In this document: positions 49,186 to 59,111 of the stretch, piece after piece
How the letters are laid out: the number at the start of each line of letters is the position of its first letter
Numbering within the stretch: position 1 is the first letter of the stretch
Assembly: GCA_965237415.1 (NCBI GenBank)
Contig: CBDEFM010000002.1
Span: forward strand, 2,624,001 to 2,688,000
Source of the DNA: Alphaproteobacteria bacterium
Lineage (GTDB): Bacteria > Pseudomonadota > Alphaproteobacteria > UBA828
Length of the DNA: 64,000 nt
Direction: 5' to 3'
Position numbers and translations under genes: made by a program
The notes under the pieces: model-generated
What the model was told of the DNA's origin: nothing
Seen by the model: the letters and a program-made list of their open reading frames with translations, nothing else
Databases searched by the model: none

Positions 49186-50244
49186 CTATAGGTGCTTCGA
49201 GAACGCCTTGTATTTGGACGGCACCTTCTCGGACGTGCCGTAAAAGGCGTGCGTGGTCATGTCGGGCGAGTACTTGCTCGCCGGCGGGCGGCGGCCGAGC
49301 GCTTCCGCCACGGCGCGGATGTGGTGGGGACCGGCGCCGCAGCAGACCCCGAGATAGTTCACGCCGAGCGCCTGAGCCTCCCTGGTGAACTCCTCGATCT
49401 CGTAGCGGTTGACGGTGAAGGGATCGAGCGCGGTCGGGAAGGGGCGCCCATCCGGCAGACAGCCGCAACCGGGATCGCTGAGCGACTGGAAGGTCGGCTC
49501 GTCGGCACTGGTGCGGTAGGCCACCGGGAGCGCCGCGACGTGGCAGCTCACCGCCTCGCGGATGGGGCCCAGCAGCGGCAGCATGGAGGCAGGGCCGCGG
49601 GCGCAGTTGAGCCCGATCACGTCGGCGCCCGCGTCCTCCAGCCGCTTGCCCGCTTCGGCCATGCTCAATCCATCCCGCGTGTGCGGCTCGCGGTGGACGG
49701 CGAGGTTGATCACCGCGGTCTGGCCGGCCGCCTTGATCGCTTCCAGTGCGAGCAGGGCCTCGCCGACAAAGGAGATGGTCTCGGCCACGATGAAATCCAC
49801 GCCCTCGTCGACGGCCCAGGCCACCTGCTCGTCGAACATGGCGCGCACTTCCCGTGCGGACTCGGCGTCGCCGTCCACGAAGATGTTGGAATTGCACACG
49901 TTGCCCGCGACCAGCGCATTGCCTTCCTGCGCTGCTTCCCGCGCGAGGCGGAGCGCGGTGCGGTTGATCTCCTCGAGCGCGCCTTCCTTGCCGATCACCC
50001 GGAGCTTCTCTCGATGGGCGTAGTAGGTGAAGGCCAGCATGACGTCCGAGCCCGCATGCAGGAAGTCGCGGTGCAATTGGGCCACGACCTCCGGGTGGTC
50101 CAGAACAGCCTCCGGCACATAGGCCCCGGCGGAGAGATAGCCGCGGCGCTCGATCTCGAACAGATAGCCCTCGGCGCAAATGACCGGCCCTGCCGCCAGC
50201 CGCTTGAGAAGACCTGGTCCGCCAGCCACCGTGGCGTCAGTCAT
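49186..50244 (-). CDS. homocysteine S-methyltransferase family protein (BHMT-like), copy 2
   Basis: Same motifs as copy 1, same length (352 aa). Confidence 0.9.
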   Translation of the reverse strand: MTDATVAGGPGLLKRLAAGPVICAEGYLFEIERRGYLSAGAYVPEAVLDHPEVVAQLHRDFLHAGSDVMLAFTYYAHREKLRVIGKEGALEEINRTALRLAREAAQEGNALVAGNVCNSNIFVDGDAESAREVRAMFDEQVAWAVDEGVDFIVAETISFVGEALLALEAIKAAGQTAVINLAVHREPHTRDGLSMAEAGKRLEDAGADVIGLNCARGPASMLPLLGPIREAVSCHVAALPVAYRTSADEPTFQSLSDPGCGCLPDGRPFPTALDPFTVNRYEIEEFTREAQALGVNYLGVCCGAGPHHIRAVAEALGRRPPASKYSPDMTTHAFYGTSEKVPSKYKAFSKHL

Positions 50245-50263
50245 GGTGCAGCCCTTCCTGTTG

Positions 50264-51205
50264 CTAACCGCCGGCTTGGCCGGGGTGCAGTGGCGAATCC
50301 TTCACCCGCCACAGGAACCGCCGCACGATATCGCCGTAGCCGGCGAACACGAAGCCTCCGTTGTCGGCGAGCACCCGCTCCCGCTCCGCGCGGTAAACGC
50401 GGGGCAGGTCGTACCACGGGATGCCGGGTCGCTCGTGGTGGAGCGCATGAAAATTGTTGCCGAGGAAGAGCAGCCTCATCAGGGGGCCGGCTTCGACGAT
50501 GACAGTGCTCTCTGCCTGGTCCGCCGCCGGGCGATGTTCGTAATAGGAGCGCAGCAGGATGAGCGCGGTGCCCGGATAGACGTAGAGCATGACATAGGCC
50601 CAGAGCGGGATGCCGCAGACGACCACTACCCAGACCAGCACCAGCGCCGTCAGCACCACATGTGTCGCCCAGATTTGCGCGCATCCCGGCTCACCGCGAA
50701 CGAGCCGGGCGCCTTCCTCCCGCCAGAAGGCGAGAATGGCCAACGCCGGCCCCAGCAGCAGCCGGCCGGCCAGCGTGTTGTGGACCCGTAACAAGAACCG
50801 CCGGCCCCGGCCCAGCCGCCGCCACCGCGCAGGGTCAACGTAGAAGCTTTCGGTGTCGGCCAGCGGGTCGGTCAGGTGCGGGGTGGCGTGGTGCCGGAGG
50901 TGCCGGCTGCGGTAAAGGGAGTACGGCAGCCACAACGCGATCGGCGCCATGGCCAGTGCTGTGTTGAGCTCGGGCCGCCGCGTCGGATGTCCGTGGATCA
51001 CCTCGTGCTGCAGGCTGCCGTGCCAGCCGATCAACCAGCCGCCGAGGGGCAGGACCAGCCACCACGGCAGCGCATGATGGTACCAGGTGAGCGCCAGCCA
51101 CCCGCCGTAGATCGCCGCCGCCACAAGCCACGTCGGCCCCTCGACACGTCGCCAGAGGGCAGGGAGTTCCGCTCGTGCGAGGGAATTGTCGAGATCTTGT
51201 TCCAC
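50264..51205 (-). CDS. fatty acid desaturase family (membrane di-iron) protein
   Basis: His boxes QHEVIHGH, HLRHH, EH, HALHH; start uncertain (GTG 51205 or 51265). Confidence 0.85.
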   Translation of the reverse strand: MEQDLDNSLARAELPALWRRVEGPTWLVAAAIYGGWLALTWYHHALPWWLVLPLGGWLIGWHGSLQHEVIHGHPTRRPELNTALAMAPIALWLPYSLYRSRHLRHHATPHLTDPLADTESFYVDPARWRRLGRGRRFLLRVHNTLAGRLLLGPALAILAFWREEGARLVRGEPGCAQIWATHVVLTALVLVWVVVVCGIPLWAYVMLYVYPGTALILLRSYYEHRPAADQAESTVIVEAGPLMRLLFLGNNFHALHHERPGIPWYDLPRVYRAERERVLADNGGFVFAGYGDIVRRFLWRVKDSPLHPGQAGG

Positions 51206-51366
51206 GGCGACCCGGTTGTGGCGGCGACGACGGTCCACACTGCGACCTGCCCGCTGGTGAAACAACGTGGGAATTCGCTCGCTTCGTCACCTTATGCGAT
51301 AATATTGCGCTATCTATGATATAAAACGCCAAACGATGACTTGACGCCCAGTCAGGAGAAAGGCGC

Positions 51367-52224
51367 ATGGACCGGCGTGACACGGCGCAACGCTTCCGAG
51401 AGCGACTGCGCGAGGCCATGGAGAGGGCGCAAGTCAACCGTTCGGCCCTCGCCGCGCGCATCGGTATCGACCGTTCCACGCTTTCGCAGCTTCTCTCGCC
51501 GGAGGCGGATCGTCTGCCGCGCGCCGACACCGCCGCGGCGATCGCTTCCGCCCTTCATGTCAGCCTCGACTGGCTGCTCGGCCTCAGCCAGCAGCCGAAA
51601 CTCGGCGCCGACATCCTGCTCGAATCGGTGGAAGTGCGGGCGAGCGCGGACGAGCCGGCGGATGAAAGCCTCGCCGCCTGGTACGCCGAGGCGGTCGGCT
51701 ACAAGATCCGCCACGTACCCGCGACGCTGCCTGATCTGATGAAGACCGAAGAGGTGCTGGACTACGAATACCGTGACTTCGCCGCCAGATCGACCGACCG
51801 GGCCATCGCCATCTCCCACGGCCGCCTCGCCTATGTACGGCTGCCGGAGACGGACATCGAGATCTGTCAGTCGCGACAGTCCATGGAATCCTTTGCGCGC
51901 GCCGAAGGCATCTGGCGCGATCTCGCGCTAGCGGCCAGGCGTGAGCAGCTCGATCATATGATCGCGCTGATCGACGAGCTCTATCCCACCCTGCGGATGT
52001 TCTTCTTCGACGGCCTCGCCCACTTCTCCGTCCCCTACACGGTATTCGGGCCGCAGCGGGCGGTGGTCTACGTCGGTCAGATGTTCTTCACATTCAACAC
52101 GCTCGCGCACATCCGCGTGCTCACGCGGCACTTCGACGCCCTGGTGCGGGCCTCCACCGTGCCGGCCCATGTGGCCGTCGATTTCCTGCGCGAGCTGAGG
52201 GGCGGGTTGGGCGGGAGCGTTTAG
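51367..52224 (+). CDS. XRE family HTH transcriptional regulator
   Basis: NRSALAARIGIDRSTLSQLL...VSLDWLLG; divergent from the desaturase gene. Confidence 0.85.
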   Translation: MDRRDTAQRFRERLREAMERAQVNRSALAARIGIDRSTLSQLLSPEADRLPRADTAAAIASALHVSLDWLLGLSQQPKLGADILLESVEVRASADEPADESLAAWYAEAVGYKIRHVPATLPDLMKTEEVLDYEYRDFAARSTDRAIAISHGRLAYVRLPETDIEICQSRQSMESFARAEGIWRDLALAARREQLDHMIALIDELYPTLRMFFFDGLAHFSVPYTVFGPQRAVVYVGQMFFTFNTLAHIRVLTRHFDALVRASTVPAHVAVDFLRELRGGLGGSV

Positions 52225-52350
52225 CCACCCTGAATGCCGCAATCTTGCGGCACAGGCCATGACCCCGGCGGGAATTCCGGGTAAAGACCTCAGATCGAAA
52301 CCGCATACGCTCGATCAGCTCGACGCTACGAACAGGGAAAGGTCAGCGCC

Positions 52351-53373
52351 ATGCCACGCATCGTACGCTTCGCCAGACATGGCGGGCCGGAGGTCCTTGA
52401 GGTTCGTGACGAGCCGCTCGAGGAACCGGGGGAGGGCGAGGTCCGCCTCAAGATCGAGGCGATCGGCCTCAACCGGGCGGAGATCATGTTCCGAAACGGC
52501 GCCTACGTGGCGACTCCGACCTTTCCCTCCCGCATCGGGATCGAGGCGAGCGGCGTAATCGATGCGCTGGGGCCCGGCGTCACGGACTTCGCGGTCGGCG
52601 ACCGCGCCGCCGCCGTGCCCTTCATCTCGTGGGACAAGTGGGGCAACTGGACCGCCGATTCGGTCATCAAGTACGGCGTCTATGGCGAGAGCGCGGTTGT
52701 GCCCGCGTTCTGCGTCGCCCGTAGTCCCGACGGGATCTCGGCAGTCGAGGCCGGCGCAATCTGGTGCCAGTATGCGACTGCCTGGGGAGGGCTCGTGGAC
52801 TACGGAGAGGTATCGGCCGACGACATCGTGCTGGTCACGGCGGCGAGCAGCAGCGCTGCTCTCGGCGGGTTGCAGATCGCGAAGAACGCCGGCGCCACGG
52901 TCATCGCTGCGACACGCAGGTCGGACAAGGCAGATTTCCTGCGGGGCGCCGGGGCCGATCACGTAGTCGCCACCGAGGAGGAGGACCTGGAGTCCTGCGT
53001 GAAGGAGATCACCGGCGGCCAAGGATTCACCATCGCCTACGATCCGGTGGGCGGCGCCTTCATCGGCGATCTCGTCGCGGCAGCGCAGCCCTATTCCCTC
53101 ATCGTCAACTACGGCAACCTCCGCACCGAGCCGATCGACATCCCCGTCCTGCCGATGCTCGCCAAGCGGCTGCGCTTCAAGTTCCACAGCCTGTACGACA
53201 CGATGCGCCTGCCCGAGAAGCGCGCCGCCTGCTTCGCCTTCGTCCACGACCAGGTGGCCAGCGGTGCGCTGAAGGTGATCGTCGACCGGACCTTCCCCCT
53301 CGAGGAAATCGTGGACGCGCACCGCTACATGGAATCCAACGTGCAGCGCGGCAAGATCGTCGTTACAACCTGA
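52351..53373 (+). CDS. MDR family NADPH:quinone reductase-like oxidoreductase
   Basis: GGPEVL, IGLNRAE, TAASSS, DPVGG, AHRYMESN...GKIVV. Confidence 0.88.
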   Translation: MPRIVRFARHGGPEVLEVRDEPLEEPGEGEVRLKIEAIGLNRAEIMFRNGAYVATPTFPSRIGIEASGVIDALGPGVTDFAVGDRAAAVPFISWDKWGNWTADSVIKYGVYGESAVVPAFCVARSPDGISAVEAGAIWCQYATAWGGLVDYGEVSADDIVLVTAASSSAALGGLQIAKNAGATVIAATRRSDKADFLRGAGADHVVATEEEDLESCVKEITGGQGFTIAYDPVGGAFIGDLVAAAQPYSLIVNYGNLRTEPIDIPVLPMLAKRLRFKFHSLYDTMRLPEKRAACFAFVHDQVASGALKVIVDRTFPLEEIVDAHRYMESNVQRGKIVVTT

Positions 53374-53463
53374 GGCACGCCGCCGGTGACGCCCGCCGGG
53401 TTGGCGCGTGCGAGGTGTAAGGGCAACATCGAGCTTCGAGGGATCAGGGGAACGGACGGATAG

Positions 53464-54378
53464 ATGGCACTTGCCGCCGCCCACGCGGGGCGCAGGCCCC
53501 CGCTGCCCGACCTTCGGCGCATTTTCGCCGACGCCAAGTTCTACTGGCTGGTGCTGCCGGCCTTCACCTTCTTTCTGATCTTCTTCGTCATCCCGACCGT
53601 CTCGCTGTTCCTGATCTCCTTCGACAAGTCGGTCGCGGGCGTGGTGGACATCCAGTGGGACTTCACGCTGAAGAACTACATCCGGTTCTTCAACCGCTCG
53701 CTCTACTACGAGGCGGCGATCCGTTCGATCGGGCTGGCGGCGCTGGTCTCGGTCTGCACGCTCGCGCTTGGCTACCCGCTGGCCTATTTCGTCGCCAAGA
53801 CCAAGCATCCCGGGCGCAACACCTTCTACATGATCCTCGTGCTGAGTGCGATGCAGCTCGACATGGTGATCCGCCTGTTCGGCCTGATGGTGCTGATGGG
53901 CGACAACGGGATCATCAACGGCATCCTGCGCGACGTCGGCGTCATCCGCGAGCCCTTGCCGCTCATGTACAATTTCTTCGGCGCAGTGGTCGGGCTCGTG
54001 CAGTTCACCTTGCCCTTCATGGTGTTGTCGTTGATCGGCATCATCAGAAGCATTCATCCGTCGCTGGAGGAGGCCGCGCGCAGTCTCGGCGCCAACCGCT
54101 GGACTACGTTCTGGCGAATCACCTTCCCGCTCAGCATGCCGGGCATCCTCGCCGGCACGCTGCTCGTCTTCGCCATCTCCATCTCGTCCTACGTGGTGCC
54201 GGCGCTGATGGGCGGCTGGAAGGTGATAGTGATGCCGCTCCACATCTATCAGCAGATCGCCGAGATGGGTAAGTGGCAGTACGGCGCGACCATTGCGGTC
54301 GTGCTCTTCGTCACCAGCATGATCGCGGTCTACATCTACCAGCGCTTCGCGGCGCGCACCGCAGGCGGGCGGGCCTGA
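53464..54378 (+). CDS. ABC transporter permease (PotB-like)
   Basis: LGYPLAY, LPFMVL, EAA loop SLEEAARSLGA. Confidence 0.9.
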   Translation: MALAAAHAGRRPPLPDLRRIFADAKFYWLVLPAFTFFLIFFVIPTVSLFLISFDKSVAGVVDIQWDFTLKNYIRFFNRSLYYEAAIRSIGLAALVSVCTLALGYPLAYFVAKTKHPGRNTFYMILVLSAMQLDMVIRLFGLMVLMGDNGIINGILRDVGVIREPLPLMYNFFGAVVGLVQFTLPFMVLSLIGIIRSIHPSLEEAARSLGANRWTTFWRITFPLSMPGILAGTLLVFAISISSYVVPALMGGWKVIVMPLHIYQQIAEMGKWQYGATIAVVLFVTSMIAVYIYQRFAARTAGGRA

Positions 54379-54379
54379 G

Positions 54380-55267
54380 ATGGCAGAGATGGTGACGGAT
54401 ACGGGGCCCGCGCCGCGCGGCGGTGGCTGGCTGCCCTTCGGCCGGCGGAACGGCCCGCGCGAGGAGCCGGCGGTCGCGTGGCCGCTCCAGATCGGCGCCT
54501 GGCTCGCCTTCGTCGTGCTGCTGCTGCCGGTGGTCATCGTGGTGCTGGCCGGGCTCAACTCCGGCGAGCACCTGACCTGGCCGCCGGAGGGGCTCTCGCT
54601 CCGCTGGGTATTCGCGTTCTTCGAGGCGAGCGAGTTTCTGGACGCCTATGTGTTCAGCCTGTGGCTCGCGGTGGTGGTCATGGTGATCTCCACCACGCTC
54701 GGCACCATGGCGGCGATCTTCCTGACACGCATGACCTTCCCCGGCCGCAACCTGCTCAGGGCTTACTTCCTCTCGCCCCTGATCCTGCCGGGAATCGTGC
54801 TCGGCCTCGCGCTCTACGTCTTCTACGTAACCAGCGGCATCGGGCTCTCGCGCACGCTCCCGGGGCTCATCATCGGCCACGTGCTGGTGACGGCGCCCTA
54901 TGTGATCGGCACCGTGTCGGCGGCACTCTTCAACTTCGACATCGCGTTGGAGGAGGCTGCTCGCAGCCTCGGCGCCAGCCCGCTGACGGCGTTTCGCAAG
55001 GTGACGCTGCCGATCATCGGGCCGGGAGTCGCCGCCGGCGCGATCTTCGCCTTCATCGTGTCGTTCGGCCAGTTCGACGTCTCGCTCTTCCTGAGCACGC
55101 CGAACTATACGCCGCTGCCGATCGCGCTCTATATTTCGCTCAGGTACACCTTCGAGCCGACGGCGGCGGCGGCGGGCATCTTCGCGATCGCGCTGGTGGT
55201 GGTCTCGATGCTGCTCGCCTCGCGGCTCATCAACATCCGGCGCTTTGCCGGGATCAAGTTCTCGTAA
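54380..55267 (+). CDS. ABC transporter permease (PotC-like)
   Basis: PPEGLSLRW, SPLILPGIVLG, LEEAARSLGA. Confidence 0.9.
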   Translation: MAEMVTDTGPAPRGGGWLPFGRRNGPREEPAVAWPLQIGAWLAFVVLLLPVVIVVLAGLNSGEHLTWPPEGLSLRWVFAFFEASEFLDAYVFSLWLAVVVMVISTTLGTMAAIFLTRMTFPGRNLLRAYFLSPLILPGIVLGLALYVFYVTSGIGLSRTLPGLIIGHVLVTAPYVIGTVSAALFNFDIALEEAARSLGASPLTAFRKVTLPIIGPGVAAGAIFAFIVSFGQFDVSLFLSTPNYTPLPIALYISLRYTFEPTAAAAGIFAIALVVVSMLLASRLINIRRFAGIKFS

Positions 55268-55300
55268 CCGACGATGCAATCGACAAAAGGAGAATGAACG

Positions 55301-56425
55301 ATGACCGGCAAGCGCATTTCCAAACCGTCCCGGCGTACTGTCCTCAAGGGAGTGGCGGCGGGCGGCGCAGCGGCTGCCTCGACGCAATTCGGCCTCTTCA
55401 ACATCAACCACGCCTGGTCGCAGGACGTGCACTGGGACGGCGAGCCCTTCGACGCCGGCGGCGCCACCTTCATCCTCGGCGAGTGGGGCGGCTTCTGGGA
55501 GGAGTTCGTCCGAGGCGCCGTGATCGAGAACTTCGAGAAGACCTACAACTGCACGATCGCCTACGATTCCTCGTGGCCCTGGTTCCCGAAGTACGTCGCC
55601 AGCGGGCCGCAGGACCCCGCCTTCCACATGTGCAACTGGAACCTGCCCGAGATGATGAAGACAGCGCGGGCTGGCGATTACTTCCTGCCCATCGAGGACA
55701 TCAAGGCGAACGTGCCGCACGCGGCCGACTGCTGGGACTTCGCCTTCGCCAACGGCATCGGCGTGACCTGGGCCTTCGGCCAATACGCCTACGTGTACCG
55801 CACCGACCTGGTCGATCCGGCGCCCGCCGACTTCAAGTCGTTCTGGGAGGACCGTTTCGCCGGCAACCGCGCCACCTACATCACCTCCAACACCCTGCAG
55901 ATGGTGTTCTTCATCACCGCTAACGTTGCATGGGGCGACGGGCCGGAGGACATGGACGCGGGCTTCGACGCTATGCGGCGCGCCATGCCGATGAAGATCA
56001 GCGACTTCACCGGCAACATGCAGACCCTGGTGGAGCGCGGCGAGGTGCACCTCGGCGTGCAGTGGGAAGGCGAGGTCTACCTGCAGATGGACAAGGGCAT
56101 CTCCGTCGCCCCGGTGATCTGGGAGGTGCGCAAGCCGATCCTGACCCAGACCAAGACCATCAGCCGCTATTCCGACCCGGTGCAGAAGAAGCTCGGCTTC
56201 GCGCTGATGAACGAGGCGCTGAACCCGGCCTATCAGGCGAAGAGCGGCTCCACGTTCTACCTGCGGCCGACCAACGGCAAGGCGGAGGTGGCGGACAACC
56301 TCGCGAGCAAGGGCGTGGTCAACCAGGCCGGTGCCATGGAAGGGCTCTGGATCCCGGATTGGAACTGGTATCTCGACAACGAGGACGACATCGTCGAGAC
56401 CACCAACGAGATCTTCGGCGGCTAG
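55301..56425 (+). CDS. ABC substrate-binding protein (PotD/PotF-like) with Tat signal
   Basis: SRRTVLK twin-arginine motif; WGG; operon context. Confidence 0.85.
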   Translation: MTGKRISKPSRRTVLKGVAAGGAAAASTQFGLFNINHAWSQDVHWDGEPFDAGGATFILGEWGGFWEEFVRGAVIENFEKTYNCTIAYDSSWPWFPKYVASGPQDPAFHMCNWNLPEMMKTARAGDYFLPIEDIKANVPHAADCWDFAFANGIGVTWAFGQYAYVYRTDLVDPAPADFKSFWEDRFAGNRATYITSNTLQMVFFITANVAWGDGPEDMDAGFDAMRRAMPMKISDFTGNMQTLVERGEVHLGVQWEGEVYLQMDKGISVAPVIWEVRKPILTQTKTISRYSDPVQKKLGFALMNEALNPAYQAKSGSTFYLRPTNGKAEVADNLASKGVVNQAGAMEGLWIPDWNWYLDNEDDIVETTNEIFGG

Positions 56426-56458
56426 CGCTGTTTCCCGGGCGGCTGAACGGGACGGCAC

Positions 56459-57529
56459 GTGTCGGACGTCGAGCTTTCGGGCCTGACGAAGCGCTACGGC
56501 GAGACCCTCGCGGTCGACGATGTCTCGCTCCGGGTCGATGAGGGAGAGTTCTTCTCCCTCCTCGGCCCGTCCGGCTGCGGCAAGACCACGACGCTGCGCA
56601 TGATCGCGGGCTTCGTCCGCCCGAACGAGGGCCGCATCTTCATCGGCGGCGAGGACATGACCCTTCTGCCGCCGGAGAAGCGGGGGATCGGGATCGTCTT
56701 CCAGAACTACGCGATCTTTCCGCACATGACGGCGTTCGACAACATCGCCTTCGGCCTGAAGATGCGGAAGGTGCCGAAGCGGGAGATCCGCAGCCGCGTC
56801 GGCAAGGCCCTCGAACAGGTCAATCTCGACGGTTACGAGCGGCGCTATCAGCGCGAGCTGTCCGGCGGCGAGCAGCAGCGCGTGGCGCTCGCCCGTGTGC
56901 TGATCACCGAACCCAAGATCCTGCTTCTCGACGAGCCCTTGAGCGCGCTCGACAAGAAGCTCCGGGAGGAGATGAAGTACTGGATCAAGGGGCTGCAGCA
57001 CTCCCTCGGCATCACCACCGTCTACGTGACCCACGACCAGGGCGAGGCACTCACCATGTCGGACCGGATCGCGGTGATGAACCGGGCCCGGGTGGTGCAG
57101 ATCGGCGCGCCCGATACGATCTACGAGCATCCGACCGATCGTTTCGTTACCGACTTCATCGGCGAGTCCAACATTCTCGAAGCGCGGGTCGCGGCGGTGA
57201 GTGGGGATGAATGTCGCGTCGCCGTAGGCCGGGTCGAGTTCGCAGCACCGCGGCGCGACGGGATCGAGACCGGCCAGACGGTGGGCTTCGTGGTGCGGCC
57301 GGAGCGTGTGCTGATCGGCCCCGCCGCCCAGGCTGTTGACGGTCCGAAAGTCACCGCGACCGTGGTCGATCGCAGCTATCAGGGCGCGATTATCCGCTAC
57401 CGATTGCAGTTCGAAGGCCAGGAAATTGTTGCCGAGGTTCCCAACCGGCCCGATCAGCCCGATCTCGCCGACGGAGCCGAGGCCGTGATCGGCTGGACCG
57501 TGGCGAGCAGCGAATTGCTCGTCGACTGA
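56459..57529 (+). CDS. ABC transporter ATP-binding protein (PotA-like, TOBE domain)
   Basis: GPSGCGKT, LSGGEQQRVALAR, LLLDEPLSALD, VTHDQ. Confidence 0.93.
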   Translation: MSDVELSGLTKRYGETLAVDDVSLRVDEGEFFSLLGPSGCGKTTTLRMIAGFVRPNEGRIFIGGEDMTLLPPEKRGIGIVFQNYAIFPHMTAFDNIAFGLKMRKVPKREIRSRVGKALEQVNLDGYERRYQRELSGGEQQRVALARVLITEPKILLLDEPLSALDKKLREEMKYWIKGLQHSLGITTVYVTHDQGEALTMSDRIAVMNRARVVQIGAPDTIYEHPTDRFVTDFIGESNILEARVAAVSGDECRVAVGRVEFAAPRRDGIETGQTVGFVVRPERVLIGPAAQAVDGPKVTATVVDRSYQGAIIRYRLQFEGQEIVAEVPNRPDQPDLADGAEAVIGWTVASSELLVD

Positions 57530-57570
57530 TTCCTGCGGCTCCCGCGCGCAACCCGCGGGACGCGCGCAAA

Positions 57571-57858
57571 CTAAAATTTAGGCGGGATTCGCCGGGATTA
57601 AGTGGGATTAAGTGGGATAACTGGGATTCTGGAGGCACGCGGCGGCCGTCCCGAATTCTTCTATCGTCGTCGCGGCGCCCGGATGGCAGCCGCTCGACCG
57701 ACGAACGCCCGCTCGCCTCACCTCCCGAGGCCTGCTCGCTCTCGGGCTGCGTCTCGCGGATACGCGCGCGGGAAATTGATCTACGCATGGCGCGATCCTG
57801 GCGCAACCGGCGCGCATCGTGCACCGCACCATCGTTCGGAGAGTCGGGGAGGAGAGGG
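57571..57858 (-). repeat. dispersed ~280-bp non-coding element, copy 2, with 5 phased GGGAT units
   Basis: GGGAT at 57584, 57594, 57604, 57614, 57623; reverse complement matches 28418-28680 in collinear blocks. Confidence 0.85.
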
Positions 57859-57883
57859 AAATGAGGGTGGCGCAGCCTGCGTC

Positions 57884-57930
57884 CCCTCTCCGCCCCCGGG
57901 GGCGGAGAGGGTCAGGGCGAGGTGGGGGGG
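57884..57930. repeat. REP-like palindromic element
   Basis: Perfect 28-bp palindrome CCCTCTCCGCCCCC/GGGGGCGGAGAGGG (57884-57911) followed by TCAGGGCGAGGTGGGG, resembling the CCCTCTCCC..GGGAGAGGG..GGGTGAGGG repeats common in proteobacteria. Confidence 0.7.
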
Positions 57931-57970
57931 ATGAGGAGCAAAGTGGGGTGGAAATTCGGCCGCGCCGCGC

Positions 57971-59074
57971 TCAGACGAGCTCTTCGATCGGCGTATAGAC
58001 GTCCGCGATCCCGAAATATTTTGGGCCGAACACGTCGAGCGCCTCGGGCGTGCGCATCACCGGCGGCACGCTGACTCCCACCACGCGCACCCGCTGGCCG
58101 TACTTGAGCCCCTCGGTGGTGATGGGCTCGGCGTTTTCCTGATCGAGGATGCAGATCAGGTCCGGCACCATGCCGAGCGTGCGCTCGCCCTGCTGGGCGA
58201 CCAGGAACTCGTTTTGGAAGCGCACTTCCAGTTGCTCCCCCGTGCTCCCGCCGATGCCCTCGAAGATCACCCGCCCGATGGCCCAGCCCCGCGTGGTCTC
58301 GCGCAACAGGTCCACCACCTTGCCTTCGAAGAGCACCTTGCAGAAGCGCTTGTCGCGCGAGGTCTCGAAATAGCGCGCAAGCCCGGCGAAGGGGTCGCTC
58401 TGCGTCTCCCGCGCCTCGCGGATCGAGCGGCCGATCTCCATGGCGAGCGTGGTCGTGTAGAGCACGCCGGTCTCCTTCGCCTCCTTGCCCGACATCGAGT
58501 AGAGCGCGATCTCCGACTTGGTGCCCATGCAGGTGCACACCGCCCGCGCGAACCATTCGGATTCGAGGTTGCTGCGGGCGCGGACGATGACCTCGTTGTC
58601 GTGCTCGTCGCGGAGCACGATGGGTGAAGCCGGCACGCCGTAGACGCCGAAGGTGCACATCTGCAGCTCGGGGAAGGCGCGCCCCATGCCGTCGCCGTCC
58701 ACAACGGGCAAGCCGGTCAGGGCGCCGATCACCATGGGGAGCGTGCCGTTGATGCCGCCGGCCTCTGCGGCAATCAGCGCGTCCGCCTTGCGGCCCTTCT
58801 CGCGCTCGATCGAGCGCAGGCATTTCACCATGGAGAGCGCGCTCGGGATCTTCTCGACCATCACGGTCGGCGCGCCCATGTTGGCGACCGAGACGACGAA
58901 GTCGTCGTCGTCGAGGTCCATCGGGTCCATGATCGTGATGTCGGCGCCTTCCTCCAGCTTCTGCCTGAGGATCAGCCCGCCGACGTAGGGATCGCCACCG
59001 CCGCCGGTGCCGAGAAAGGCGGTGCCGCGCAGGAAGTCCGGCAGCAGGTCGAGGTGCATCTTCATCGTTGGCAT
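57971..59074 (-). CDS. DUF917 family protein
   Basis: G.AFLGTGGGG.P, MGAP.V..EK, EAGGIN, VDGDGMGRAFPELQM, FQNE.L, VPDLI. Confidence 0.9.
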   Translation of the reverse strand: MPTMKMHLDLLPDFLRGTAFLGTGGGGDPYVGGLILRQKLEEGADITIMDPMDLDDDDFVVSVANMGAPTVMVEKIPSALSMVKCLRSIEREKGRKADALIAAEAGGINGTLPMVIGALTGLPVVDGDGMGRAFPELQMCTFGVYGVPASPIVLRDEHDNEVIVRARSNLESEWFARAVCTCMGTKSEIALYSMSGKEAKETGVLYTTTLAMEIGRSIREARETQSDPFAGLARYFETSRDKRFCKVLFEGKVVDLLRETTRGWAIGRVIFEGIGGSTGEQLEVRFQNEFLVAQQGERTLGMVPDLICILDQENAEPITTEGLKYGQRVRVVGVSVPPVMRTPEALDVFGPKYFGIADVYTPIEELV

Positions 59075-59111
59075 TTCCTTGCTTTCGCTCCTGCTTGCTC
59101 GCTGCTCAGCC

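Noticed and set aside
48062-50179. 705-aa ORF suggesting a fused double methyltransferase
   Set aside because: The N-terminal half is an off-frame reading of the second gene; the real gene starts at ATG 49120 with its own RBS
54311-57130. 939-aa minus-strand ORF, and similar long ORFs at 3595-4968, 18347-20461, 22945-24966, 46505-47965 and 52315-54558
   Set aside because: Antisense shadows of well-supported genes, expected in high-GC DNA; no recognisable motifs
57581-57630. Decamer repeats as a CRISPR array
   Set aside because: Units are about 10 bp with no unique spacers and no cas genes
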